Shown here piece by piece: positions 20,265-30,060 of a stretch of 64,000 nt of DNA. Each line of letters begins with the position of its first letter. Within the stretch, counting starts at the first letter, position 1. Below the pieces are notes generated by a model that was not told the origin of the DNA, did not search any database, and worked only from the letters and a program-made list of their open reading frames with translations. This stretch comes from Candidatus Acidiferrales bacterium (GTDB taxonomy: Bacteria > Acidobacteriota > Terriglobia > Acidiferrales > UBA7541), in contig CAVTTX010000004.1 of NCBI GenBank assembly GCA_963737645.1, positions 287,010 through 351,009 of the forward strand, in the 5' to 3' direction. The translations under genes and the position numbers were made by a program.

Positions 20265-20918
20265 ATGAAGAAACTGCTATGTGGTCTCGCAATTCTTGCT
20301 CTCGCGTTAACTCTAGGCTCGCTCGCCGCCAACGCCCAGTCCACTGTTGGCATGGTTTACCTCGGAAGTGACACGGTCTCGTTTACCCCCGATGGGGGTG
20401 GCGTCGTGACCATGAAGGTGGGTTCTACCACGGGATTTGCCGCCGGCAACAATCTGTTAAGTTCCGCCAGTGGTTTTACCTTGGGTGCCGGAACCTTTAC
20501 CCTGATGGAGGTAGGCTCCTCGAATACCTATACTTCTTTGGGGACCATCCCGCTGGAACTCAACGGCGGATCGCTACTCACCGGTGTTCTGGACTTAGTT
20601 AGCTTCACCCAGACATCCTTCATGGGCTCGACCAATACCTCGCTTATGGCCAACCTCGATATCACTGGTGGCAGTTACTGCCCTCCTAGTGGCACGGGAA
20701 CCTGTGGCCTTGGCTCCGGCCTGGTTACCCTCAATTTTCTGCTGGGCAGCTCTAATCCAATTGCATTGGATCCCACGAATGGGGACATAACGGGCGGAAC
20801 ACTGATCACTCCGCCTAAGAACATTGCGATCACACCCGAGCCGGGAACCATGCTGTTGTTTGGTTCAGGCCTGTTCGCTCTCGGTGGCATTCTCCGCCGC
20901 CGCATGAGGACCGCATAA
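20265..20918 (+). CDS. PEP-CTERM sorting-domain surface protein
   Basis: Signal peptide MKKLL...ANA; Gly/Ser/Thr-rich body; C-terminal TPEPGTMLLFGSGLFALGGILRRRMRTA. Confidence 0.95.
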   Translation: MKKLLCGLAILALALTLGSLAANAQSTVGMVYLGSDTVSFTPDGGGVVTMKVGSTTGFAAGNNLLSSASGFTLGAGTFTLMEVGSSNTYTSLGTIPLELNGGSLLTGVLDLVSFTQTSFMGSTNTSLMANLDITGGSYCPPSGTGTCGLGSGLVTLNFLLGSSNPIALDPTNGDITGGTLITPPKNIAITPEPGTMLLFGSGLFALGGILRRRMRTA

Positions 20919-21034
20919 GCCGCAACTTCCTTCACTAACCTTGCTCGTGCATTCGCACAGGGAGGTGAACGCAACCCGACGAACCGTGAGCTAATAGAAC
21001 TGTTGGTTTGTATCTCCAGTAAGTGGTCCAATCC

Positions 21035-21070
21035 AGGGCAGGTGCTTCATGCGCCTGCCCTTTTTCTTTT
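21035..21070 (+). terminator. Rho-independent terminator after the PEP-CTERM gene
   Basis: AGGGCAGGTGC-TTCAT-GCGCCTGCCC stem followed by TTTTTCTTTT. Confidence 0.8.
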
Positions 21071-21221
21071 CCTTGGTTCGGTCTCCTGAGCTTTATTTTT
21101 GCCGACACGGTATGTGGGTCCTGAATCTCAATACACCTCTCGGATGGGCTCAGGTCTTCCGAAAAGCCGCGGGTCAAACACATAGGCAAGCTGAAGCATT
21201 TGCACAAGGTCAGGAGGAACC

Positions 21222-22061
21222 ATGAGAAAAACTTACAGGCTAGGCGGTGTATTTCTTGCGATCTCCGCGTTCGCGCTGGGATTGCAAGTACGGGCAAGCC
21301 TCGGATCAGCTAGGCAATCGAGTACCCCAAGCGCGAAAGTCGACCTCAATACTGCGAGCGAGCAAGAGTTAGAAACTTTGCCAGGAGTCGGTGCCGCCAC
21401 TGCTAAGAAGATTATTTCTGGGCGACCCTATTCTTCAACGAGCGACCTGACAAAGGCTGGCGTTTCTGCCGCGACAATCAAGAAAATCGCTCCTTTGGTC
21501 ACATTTGGCAATGCCACACCGGTGCCCGAGAAGCCAGCCGCAAACAAGTCGGCTGCCCCGGCAAAGCCAAGCGCGTCAAGCGCGGCTGGAGCGAAGGTAG
21601 ATCTAAACAGCGCGAGTGCAGCAGAGCTGAAGGAGTTGCCAGGAGTCGGGGACGCAACCGCAAAAAAGATCATCTCGGGTCGTCCATATACCTCGGTTGA
21701 CGGTTTAGCGAAGGCTGGCGTTTCCGCCGCGACCATCGGCAAGATCACTCCACTCGTCACCGTCGGCAACGCACCGGCGACCAGTGCACCGTCACGGCCA
21801 GCTTCATCGGCATCGAACCCTCCGCCGGCATCGGCCGCCAACCCTGCCGCGCCCATACCATCCTCAACAGCCCCAGCGGCGTCGACGGAGAGTTCGCCGG
21901 TTCATGGCACTCCCGGAAATGGGATGGTTTGGGTGAACACTGATTCTGGCGTTTACCACAAAGAAGGTACGAGGTATTACGGCAAGACGAAAAACGTCAA
22001 GTATATGTCGGAAGCCGACGCGGTGAAAGCAGGCTACCGTCCGGCGAAAAATGAACAGTAA
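21222..22061 (+). CDS. Secreted protein with two ComEA-like helix-hairpin-helix domains, a Pro/Ala/Ser linker and a small C-terminal domain
   Basis: Signal peptide; KVDLN.AS..EL..LPGVG.ATAKKII.GRPY twice; C-terminal VWVNTDSGVYH...YYGKTK...AGYR. Confidence 0.85.
   Translation: MRKTYRLGGVFLAISAFALGLQVRASLGSARQSSTPSAKVDLNTASEQELETLPGVGAATAKKIISGRPYSSTSDLTKAGVSAATIKKIAPLVTFGNATPVPEKPAANKSAAPAKPSASSAAGAKVDLNSASAAELKELPGVGDATAKKIISGRPYTSVDGLAKAGVSAATIGKITPLVTVGNAPATSAPSRPASSASNPPPASAANPAAPIPSSTAPAASTESSPVHGTPGNGMVWVNTDSGVYHKEGTRYYGKTKNVKYMSEADAVKAGYRPAKNEQ
21336..21767 (+). repeat. Internal duplication of a 58-codon HhH unit (21336-21509 and 21594-21767)
   Basis: Near-identical peptides and shared DNA tracts such as TTGCCAGGAGTCGG and AAGGCTGGCGTTTC. 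Confidence 0.85.
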
Positions 22062-22110
22062 CCTAACAATTCGCGGGAACAATTTGTATTCCATCTAGAA
22101 GGAGACTCCA

Positions 22111-22488
22111 ATGGCAGATCGATTTGAGCAGCTAAAATTGAAGTATCAGTCAGTATTGAATTTCATTCAAACGCAAGGTGTTCAGCTTCAAAATGTGAAT
22201 ATGGAGGGTGAAAAGCTCTTAATTCGGGCTTCTGCTCCCTCTGCGGATTTAAAGAACCGCGTGTGGGACCAGATCAAGCTTGTTGATCCCACCTACGCCG
22301 ATCTCATCGCGGATATCCAGGCACCGGCTGCGCGAAGCTACACCGTACAACCTGGCGACACTCTCTCGAAAATCAGCAAGCAGTTCTACGGCGACTCCAA
22401 CATGTACATGAAGATTTTCGATGCCAACAAAGACAAACTCTCCGACCCTGACAAGATCAGAGCAGGAATGGATCTCTTGATCCCATAA
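22111..22488 (+). CDS. LysM-domain protein (Kbp/YgaU-like)
   Basis: SD GAAGGAG; YTVQPGDTLSKISKQFYGDSNMYMKIFDAN...PDKIRAGMDLLIP. Confidence 0.9.
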   Translation: MADRFEQLKLKYQSVLNFIQTQGVQLQNVNMEGEKLLIRASAPSADLKNRVWDQIKLVDPTYADLIADIQAPAARSYTVQPGDTLSKISKQFYGDSNMYMKIFDANKDKLSDPDKIRAGMDLLIP

Positions 22489-22558
22489 GTATTGCGGCTG
22501 GTGTGTTTTGCTGACCGCTTGAAGTGGCAATGCATTCGACATGACGAAGGAGGACGAT

Positions 22559-23092
22559 ATGAGTTGGACAGACAAGGTGGGGAGTCTGCTTCGGCAGTAC
22601 ACAGGCGGCGGTGCGGCGGCTGGGGCACAACCGGCCCCGGACGTTCACGCGCATTTTGATGAGGTGGCACAAGCCGCTCCGCCAAGTGCGATTGCCGAGG
22701 GTCTCACAGCCGCGTTCAATTCGGACAAGACCCCAGCTTTTGGACAAATGCTTACGACGTTGTTTAACAACTCAACCGGCGATCAAAAGGCAGGCATGAT
22801 CAATCATTTACTAGCTTCCGTCAATCCGAGCACTCTTTCTCAGGTTTTGTCGGGCGCGGGACTGGCTGGGCTCGTTGGCTCCGGCACGCCGCAAATGACC
22901 CCTGATCAGGCCCAGAAGCTGTCACCCGAAGCCGTTCAGCAGCTCGCCACCCATGCCCAAAACGCGAATCCTTCGATCGTTGAGTCCGTCAGCAACTTCT
23001 ATGCCCAACACACCACTCTTGTGAAGACTCTTGGCGGCGCCGCGTTGACCATTGCGCTGGCGAAAGTCGCTGAACGCCAAAGGCAGGGGTGA
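22559..23092 (+). CDS. Hypothetical helical protein
   Basis: Strong SD AAGGAGG before ATG 22559; plausible composition; no recognised motif. Confidence 0.7.
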   Translation: MSWTDKVGSLLRQYTGGGAAAGAQPAPDVHAHFDEVAQAAPPSAIAEGLTAAFNSDKTPAFGQMLTTLFNNSTGDQKAGMINHLLASVNPSTLSQVLSGAGLAGLVGSGTPQMTPDQAQKLSPEAVQQLATHAQNANPSIVESVSNFYAQHTTLVKTLGGAALTIALAKVAERQRQG

Positions 23093-23217
23093 GAGGTATT
23101 TAAGCTCGCCACCAATTGAGGTGGAATGAATGGACTCGCGGTACGTCCATTCGATCGAACAAGCCTTCGTCCAACAACTGAACATATTAGAAGGACGCGC
23201 GGAGAGCAGGGACACAA

Positions 23218-25662
23218 TTATTCGTAGCGGAGGGCCACCATCGGGTCCACTCGCATCGCCCGTCTCGCTGGTAGGTAAGAAGCCAACAGAGCTACGAATA
23301 TCAGCAGCGCTGCCACCCCGAGAATTGTCAAGGGATCGGCGGGACTGACCCCGTATAAAAAGCCGGAGAGAATGCGGCCGAAGGCGAGTGATGCTACTAC
23401 TCCGACCAAGACGCCGGAGACAGCGAGCTTCAGCCCTTGCGCGATGACACTGCGCAAAACATCGCCGCGGCTCGCACCAAGCGTCATGCGAATGCCAATT
23501 TCATGCACGCGCTGATTCACCGTATAAACCAGAAGTCCATATAGCCCGATAATGGCCAGCATCAGCGCGGCGCCTGCGAAAATCGCTAAGAGTGTTGCGC
23601 GGAAGCGCGGCACGCCCAAAGAGCCCGAAATGTTCTCCTCCATGGTGCGCACTCGCACCAGGGGCTGATCCGGATTGATTTCTTGAACCACGCTACGCAA
23701 CGCCGAGGCCTCGCTCAGCGGGTCGCGCTCCGTGCGCATTACCACCGAGAGAGCGAACACCGGCAGCAGCGAGTCGCCCTGGCGCACCGGCACATACATT
23801 TCCGCCTTAGGTTCACCGGCGAGATCCTGCTTCAAATCGCCGGCAATTCCGACCACCTCCATCCACGGGACGCTGGCGTCCGGTATGGCACCAAGCTGGA
23901 TGTGCTTACCGATAGGGTCAACGTGGGGAAAATACTGCCGAACCGCGGCTTGATTGATCACCGCGACGTAGGGCGTCGATTCCGTGTCGGATTGCGTGAT
24001 GAACCTGCCACGGATTAGCGGCACGCCCAACGTGTCCAGATAGCCTGCGGTCACGGGGCGGTAGCCGATGATCACGTAATCGTGCGGTGATTTCGGCGCC
24101 CGCCCTTCAATGTTGAAGTGAATGGCGCTGCCCGTGCCGGTTACAGGCAAAGTAGTAGCTGCGCCCACGCTGCGCATTCCGGGAGCAGCGCGAAGCCGTT
24201 CGAGCAATCGATCGAAGAATTCCATCCGCTCAGCTGAGTTCGGATGAGCGTTCGGAGAGAGCGGGATATCCGCCACCAGCAGATTCTCCGGACGGAAACC
24301 AGGTTGCTGGCTAGCGAGCCGCTCGAAGCTTCGCAGCAAAAGACCCGCGCCAACGAGCAAGAAAAGAGCGAGCCCCACCTCGGCGACGATCAGCGCGCTG
24401 CGCACTTGGTGCTGAGTCCGGCTACCCGTTGACCCCCGTGTCCCTTCGTTCAGAACCGACCGCAAATCGACGCGCGCCATCTGGAACGCCGGGAGCAATC
24501 CGAATAGAACTCCGGACAAAACAGCCAACGCAGCGGCGAATAACAGCACCCGCCAATCGATACTCACAGGAGAAATATTGGGCACGGCAGTGCCTCCGAT
24601 CCTTAGCAACCAGGCAATGCTACCCCACGCGAGCAAAACGCCCGCCCCCGCCCCCACAAGCGCCAGCAGGCCGCTTTCCGTCAGCAATTGCCGCACGATT
24701 TGCGAACGCGACGCTCCCATAGCGGTACGCACCGCGATTTCCTGCCGACGTCCTGTCGCGCGCGCCAACATTAGATTCGCAATGTTGCCACAGGCGATCA
24801 GCAATACGAGCCCAACCGCCGCCAGTATCACCAACAATGCTGGCCGAATATTCGAGACCAAGCGGTCGCGCATGGAAGTGACGTCCGCGCCCATGTCCGT
24901 ATCGTACGTGGGATATTCCTCTGCAAGATTCGCTGCAATGATCTTCATCTCCGACTGCGCTTGTGCCAGTGTGACGCCTACCCGCAGACGCCCCACTGCG
25001 GTAATTCCCGGATGCCAGTTGCGATCGTCTGGCAGCGTCTTTGCCCACGGTTCGAACGGAACGTACACGTCCGAGGGGACCAGCAACTGATAATCGGCGG
25101 GCAGCACGCCAATTATGGTGTAGCTCTTATTATCGAGCATGATGGATTTGCCCAGCACCTCAGCCGAGCCCGCGAAACGCCTTCGCCAGAAGCCGTAGCT
25201 CAGCACTTGAGCACCTCCCGCGCGATCCTCCTCCAACGCGAAGGTGCGGCCCAGATTAGCGCTCACTCCCAATAGCGGGAACATCGATGCAGAAACCATT
25301 TGCGCGGGCAGGCGCTCAGGCTCGCCGGCTCCCGTCAATGTAAGCGTGGTGATGCGCGTCGCGGACATCGCGGAAAACGACTTGGCGCGGTCGCGGAAAT
25401 CTACAAAATTCTGATAGGAAGGCCCAACCATCGGCAGCGACGGCAGCCGCTCCGTAATGACACACAGTTGGTCCGGAGTTCTGAACGGCAGCGGTCGCAA
25501 CAACACGGCGTTGATTACGCTGAAAATCGCTGTATTCGCCCCAATCCCTAAGGACAGCGTCAGAACCGTGACCGCGGCGAAGCCGGGATTGTTACGGAGC
25601 GTCCGCAGCGCATACCAAAGGTCCCCCCAGAAAGTGCTCAAGGTCTTCTCCGCTTTTTTCAA
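23218..25662 (-). CDS. ABC permease, acidobacterial duplicated orphan permease (ADOP; MacB/FtsX x2)
   Basis: DLWYALRTL...LGIGANTAIFS; two FtsX units (RRQEIAVRTAMGASR, RVHEIGIRMTLGASR); C-terminal PARRAMRVDPMVALRYE. Confidence 0.93.
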   Translation of the reverse strand: MKKAEKTLSTFWGDLWYALRTLRNNPGFAAVTVLTLSLGIGANTAIFSVINAVLLRPLPFRTPDQLCVITERLPSLPMVGPSYQNFVDFRDRAKSFSAMSATRITTLTLTGAGEPERLPAQMVSASMFPLLGVSANLGRTFALEEDRAGGAQVLSYGFWRRRFAGSAEVLGKSIMLDNKSYTIIGVLPADYQLLVPSDVYVPFEPWAKTLPDDRNWHPGITAVGRLRVGVTLAQAQSEMKIIAANLAEEYPTYDTDMGADVTSMRDRLVSNIRPALLVILAAVGLVLLIACGNIANLMLARATGRRQEIAVRTAMGASRSQIVRQLLTESGLLALVGAGAGVLLAWGSIAWLLRIGGTAVPNISPVSIDWRVLLFAAALAVLSGVLFGLLPAFQMARVDLRSVLNEGTRGSTGSRTQHQVRSALIVAEVGLALFLLVGAGLLLRSFERLASQQPGFRPENLLVADIPLSPNAHPNSAERMEFFDRLLERLRAAPGMRSVGAATTLPVTGTGSAIHFNIEGRAPKSPHDYVIIGYRPVTAGYLDTLGVPLIRGRFITQSDTESTPYVAVINQAAVRQYFPHVDPIGKHIQLGAIPDASVPWMEVVGIAGDLKQDLAGEPKAEMYVPVRQGDSLLPVFALSVVMRTERDPLSEASALRSVVQEINPDQPLVRVRTMEENISGSLGVPRFRATLLAIFAGAALMLAIIGLYGLLVYTVNQRVHEIGIRMTLGASRGDVLRSVIAQGLKLAVSGVLVGVVASLAFGRILSGFLYGVSPADPLTILGVAALLIFVALLASYLPARRAMRVDPMVALRYE

Positions 25663-26190
25663 CGCTCAGATCTCTTCGTGTCACCGCACACTTTCTTCGC
25701 GCATCATCCGGAAATATAACACACCCGGTTGTCTGCCGAATCCGCTGTCAAGACATATCTGGTCGGTGAATCCCGAACGAAATTGGAATTGCCTTGAATG
25801 CATTGGTTCAACGTGACACCACAGGTCGTCCCGTTATTCCTCGGTTAAGGTAGAGCTCTCTTCAGAGACGTATCCGATGGTCGACGACTTTGATAACCTC
25901 GAAAATCCTAGTTCGTGCGGCCCAATTGCGCGGTGGCGGTGCACCTCATCAAGGTGAAGAAGTTTATAGAATTCTTTTGGCGCCAGCCAAGGGGAGCCGG
26001 TGCTGTGCCGGGAACGTGGCTTCAACACGTTGGGTCGCCAAAGGTATTCTTTGGGCCAGGTACAAACCCAGCGCTGTTATACACTCCAATGTTGCGTGAA
26101 GACGCATCATAGCCGTAGTTGTTGTACAGTTTATCTGTTGCCCCACCGTTCAGAACGGCGTAAGCATAGATAGCGTTTTGTAGTGCTCCC

Positions 26191-26366
26191 CTCGCTGAAG
26201 CATCGGATGGATCAGAAACCGTTCAGAAGGCCGAAGACCTCAAGCCGGACTTAATTCTGCTGGACATCGGCATCCCCAAATTAAATGGAATCGAAACCGC
26301 CAGGCAGATACGACAACGCTCCTCAGCTCCAAGATTATCTTCCTAAGTCTGAAGAGTGGGTCTTGA
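26191..26366 (+). pseudogene. Remnant of a NarL-type response-regulator receiver domain
   Basis: Hand translation from 26191: LAEASDGSETVQKAEDLKPDLILLDIGIPKLNGIETARQIR, then a frameshift to SKIIFLS; no start codon. Confidence 0.8.
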
Positions 26367-26405
26367 GGGCAAGCAATTCGCCAGTAGCAGCTTAAAAGAC
26401 GCGGG

Positions 26406-27347
26406 TCATAAATGTTCTCGCGATTCGCGGCGCTGCTCGCCGGTATGAACAATGATGCGGAAGGAAGCTCGAAACTTGTCGCCGGGTGCGAGAATTCGTA
26501 TTCCGTCGCCGGAGCTGAGTGCAGCGGTGGGGGCGGTCATAGGTTCGAGTGCGATAAATTCCTTTTCTTTGGGAGCAAACACCTGGGCATAGGGGTAGCC
26601 CTCGAGGAACTCTACTGTGATGCCGTATCCACCACCATAAATCGAGAACGAATCCTGCTGCTGATTTAGCGCGAAGCCATCGTCACGACTAGTCTCACCG
26701 AGCAAATCGTCGATGGGCCCAAATGGATCCGATGCTCCAGTCGGAATTCCGCGCGAATCAAGTTGGAGTTTGCGCATCGAAGGCAATTGCACGTGCCATT
26801 GCGCCCGCGGTAGCTTGGGAATTCCGAAATAAGGGTGAAATCCGAAGCTGATTGGTACCGAAGATTCGGAGTCTGCTAAAACAGTAGTCTCCAGCGTCAA
26901 TGAGTCGGGAGCGATCCTGCCGGCAATCTGCATTTGATGAGGAAAAGGGAAGAGCGCGAGCAGATCCAGATGGTCCCAATGAAGGGAAGCTAGAAAACAG
27001 TCCTTTTCGGCCTCGCAGATCTTCCAGGAAAGTTGGCCCCAAGGGACGCCGTGCATCGGGAGTCCGCCATCGTCAAAATGCAAGAAAGGAGAAGCAGGAT
27101 CGAGCTCGACCTCGCGTCCCGCCACGCGATAGTGGAGGGAAGCAAGCCGGTTTGCCCAAGGATAAAGTAGCGGGATGCCCGCAGTGCTTCCTTTTCGTTT
27201 GGCGCTTTCTAGGTCATCGACGCAGCGAAGCAGTTCCTGTCCTGCAAAACGAAGCGAAATACCCAACAAGCCCGAGGCGGGCAAAAACTGGGCACAAAGA
27301 TCTCCGGCGGCGATGGACAGAATGGGATTGTCACTTATGATGATCAT
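26406..27347 (-). CDS. Aldose 1-epimerase family protein
   Basis: GIPLLYPWANRL, MHG, FGFHPYF, IALEPMT motifs. Confidence 0.88.
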   Translation of the reverse strand: MIIISDNPILSIAAGDLCAQFLPASGLLGISLRFAGQELLRCVDDLESAKRKGSTAGIPLLYPWANRLASLHYRVAGREVELDPASPFLHFDDGGLPMHGVPWGQLSWKICEAEKDCFLASLHWDHLDLLALFPFPHQMQIAGRIAPDSLTLETTVLADSESSVPISFGFHPYFGIPKLPRAQWHVQLPSMRKLQLDSRGIPTGASDPFGPIDDLLGETSRDDGFALNQQQDSFSIYGGGYGITVEFLEGYPYAQVFAPKEKEFIALEPMTAPTAALSSGDGIRILAPGDKFRASFRIIVHTGEQRRESREHL

Positions 27348-27834
27348 GATCAGTTCCTTTCCTTGGGCGGGTTCGCACTGGGTTTTAATTGAGCCCGGCT
27401 ATTGTTACGCGGGTGTCAACTTTCACGCCACACTAGGCAATCGCCATCGATAAAGATGTGGTGGCCCGTTCAGTTACAGCGGTGAACATTGGAATTGCGG
27501 TACGGCTAATCCGGTCCCGCTCGCGGACGGGGTCGTCCATCACCTCAACAGAATTCTTCCATACTGTGCGCAACGAAACGCCCTGCCACGTTGGACTCAT
27601 TGATCGTTTGGAATAGCCAGTCAATGTCCGCGATACCTCGGTATCAGTTAGCCGCGACGGCCGTTTTTCACATGCGCTGTCAAAATGAACTAATATCACT
27701 CTTTTGGTCTGATGCATCCAACGTTCGGCGGCCAATTTTTATGCACGCGGAATGACGCATCAGATTTGATCAAGCGCCGGTGGCCAGCAACGACAAGTCC
27801 GGTCAGCAGGTTACGGCTTGAAAGCGATCAGTCT

Positions 27835-29985
27835 ATGACAATCTCGGCCATAAGACAGAGTCAGTCCGCTGGTCTCGAGGCACTCGGCGGAAGCGCAGTT
27901 CGTCCGGGATTTCCCATCCCCTTTGGGGTACATCCATATGGAGAGGGGGTCAATTTTGCGTTATTCAGCCGACACGCGACTCGTGTTCTCCTCGAATTCT
28001 ACGAAAGCGCTGATGCATGTTCGCCAATCAGGGTGATCGATTTGGATCCCATACACCATCGAACAGGTGACGTCTGGCATGTTTGGGTCCGAGGTATTAC
28101 TCCTGGCCAACTATACGCCTACCGCCTCGACGGACCCTATCAGCCCGAACAAGGCCATCGATTTAACGTCCATAAGCTGCTTCTGGATCCGTTTGCAACC
28201 GCCCTCGTCGGTGTCAAAAACTGGGATTTTGAAGCTGCTCGCGGCTACGATTCGTCGAGTAACTTGACTGATCTCAGTTTTTCTACAGTGGACAACGCAG
28301 GCACCACGCCGAAGTGCTTGTTGACCGACGCGCGCTTCGACTGGGAGGGAGATCTGCCTCCGAGGCATCCCGACACAGATGCGGTCATCTACGAAACACA
28401 CGTTCGCGGTTTTACTATCGACCCTAGCTCGGGCACAACTCACTCTGGAACCTTCCGCGGTTTGACGGAGAAGATCCCCTATTTACAAGACCTCGGTGTG
28501 ACCGCAATTGAGTTGATGCCCATTCAGGAATTCAACGAGAACGAATTGACTCGTCTCAATCCGATAAGCAAAGAGCGACTCAGGAATTATTGGGGGTACA
28601 ATCCTGCCGCGTTCTTCGCCCCTAAGGAGGCTTATGGCACCCACGGCTCACGTGGGCAGCAAACCCTCGAATTTCGGGAAATGGTCAAGAACTTTCACCG
28701 CGCTGGCATAGAAGTCATCCTCGATATCGTGCTGAACCACACGGCCGAAAGAAATGAGCTGGGTCCTACGATCTGCTTCCGAGGCATGGATAATTCGATC
28801 TTTTACATGCTCCAGGAAGACGGGCGCCGTTACTACAAGGACTTCTCTGGCGTTGGTAATACGCTCAACGCAAACCACCCGGTCGTGCGGGATTACATCA
28901 TGGGCGTGCTCCGTTATTGGGTGATCCATATGCACGTTGACGGATTTCGCTTCGATCTGGCTTCTGTGCTCGGCCGGGATGAGCATGGAAACCTTCTTCA
29001 GAACGCCCCGTTGCTCGAAAGCATCGCGGAGGATCCAATCTTGCGCGATGTGAAACTTATCGCCGAAGCTTGGGACGCTGGTGGCGCCTACCAAGTGGGG
29101 AGTTTCTCGAAGTCTCGTTGGGCAGAATGGAATGGCCGTTTTCGTGATGATGTGCGCCGCTTCTGGCTCGGCGATCCGGGTACCGCGGGGCTGTTCGCTA
29201 ACCGTATCTGCGGAAGCGCGGATTTATACCAAAGATCCGGGAAAGGACCGGAAAGCAGCCTGAACTTCATCACCAGTCATGACGGATTCACATTGAACGA
29301 TCTGGTCTCCTATAAGCAAAAGCACAATCACGAGAACGGTGAGTACGGACGTGACGGCACCGATGCCAATTACAGCGATAATTGCGGAGTCGAAGGCCCT
29401 AGCGATTCTCCCCATGTTGAATCCTTACGAAATCGCTTGATCAAGAATTTTCTCTTGACCCTCTTAGTTTCTCGCGGAGTTCCGATGCTGCTGGCTGGAG
29501 ATGAATTTCGCAGGACCCAAAAAGGTAACAACAATGCCTACTGCCAGGATAATGCCGTAAGCTGGTTGGACTGGAGTTTTCTGGAAAAGAACCGAGAGAT
29601 TCATCGCTTCACCCGCGGAATGATCGCATTTCGCCACGCCCATCCCGTGCTACGAAAGGCGGCCTTCTACACCGACGCCGACGTACAATGGTTTGGACCG
29701 CAGGGCACAACTCCTACCTGGACTGATCCAGGACAAAAATCATTTGCGTGCATTATATTGGGGAACACAGAGCCCGATCTATTCCTTATGTTTAATGCCG
29801 ACACCGCACCCGCCGATTTTTCAATTCCGAGCACACCGGGCAATAGGACCTGGCACCTAGCGGTCGACACCTCGCGTCCAGTCCCCGAAGATCTCTACGA
29901 ACTCGGCAAGGAGCCGTCGATCCAGCAGCAAGTCAGCTTTCGTGTCGAACCTCGATCGAGCGCAATTCTTTTGGCACACGGATAA
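27835..29985 (+). CDS. glgX: Glycogen debranching enzyme (GH13 isoamylase)
   Basis: NYWGY, DIVLNHT, VDGFRFDLA, IAEAWD, NFITSHDGFTL, GNNNAYCQDN. Confidence 0.95.
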   Translation: MTISAIRQSQSAGLEALGGSAVRPGFPIPFGVHPYGEGVNFALFSRHATRVLLEFYESADACSPIRVIDLDPIHHRTGDVWHVWVRGITPGQLYAYRLDGPYQPEQGHRFNVHKLLLDPFATALVGVKNWDFEAARGYDSSSNLTDLSFSTVDNAGTTPKCLLTDARFDWEGDLPPRHPDTDAVIYETHVRGFTIDPSSGTTHSGTFRGLTEKIPYLQDLGVTAIELMPIQEFNENELTRLNPISKERLRNYWGYNPAAFFAPKEAYGTHGSRGQQTLEFREMVKNFHRAGIEVILDIVLNHTAERNELGPTICFRGMDNSIFYMLQEDGRRYYKDFSGVGNTLNANHPVVRDYIMGVLRYWVIHMHVDGFRFDLASVLGRDEHGNLLQNAPLLESIAEDPILRDVKLIAEAWDAGGAYQVGSFSKSRWAEWNGRFRDDVRRFWLGDPGTAGLFANRICGSADLYQRSGKGPESSLNFITSHDGFTLNDLVSYKQKHNHENGEYGRDGTDANYSDNCGVEGPSDSPHVESLRNRLIKNFLLTLLVSRGVPMLLAGDEFRRTQKGNNNAYCQDNAVSWLDWSFLEKNREIHRFTRGMIAFRHAHPVLRKAAFYTDADVQWFGPQGTTPTWTDPGQKSFACIILGNTEPDLFLMFNADTAPADFSIPSTPGNRTWHLAVDTSRPVPEDLYELGKEPSIQQQVSFRVEPRSSAILLAHG

Positions 29986-30060
29986 CGAAAAAAGATCCGG
30001 CAAGCGGCATTCGTCTCAGGCCGCGGGTAGGGACTTTCGCCTAGATGGGGAGGTGAGCAG

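Noticed and set aside
25800-26150. Short ORFs on both strands
   Set aside because: No start signals or recognisable domains.
27430-27660. Possible SnoaL-like pseudogene on the minus strand (YRGIADIDWLFQTINES...)
   Set aside because: Multiple stops and only vague similarity; cannot be supported without a search.
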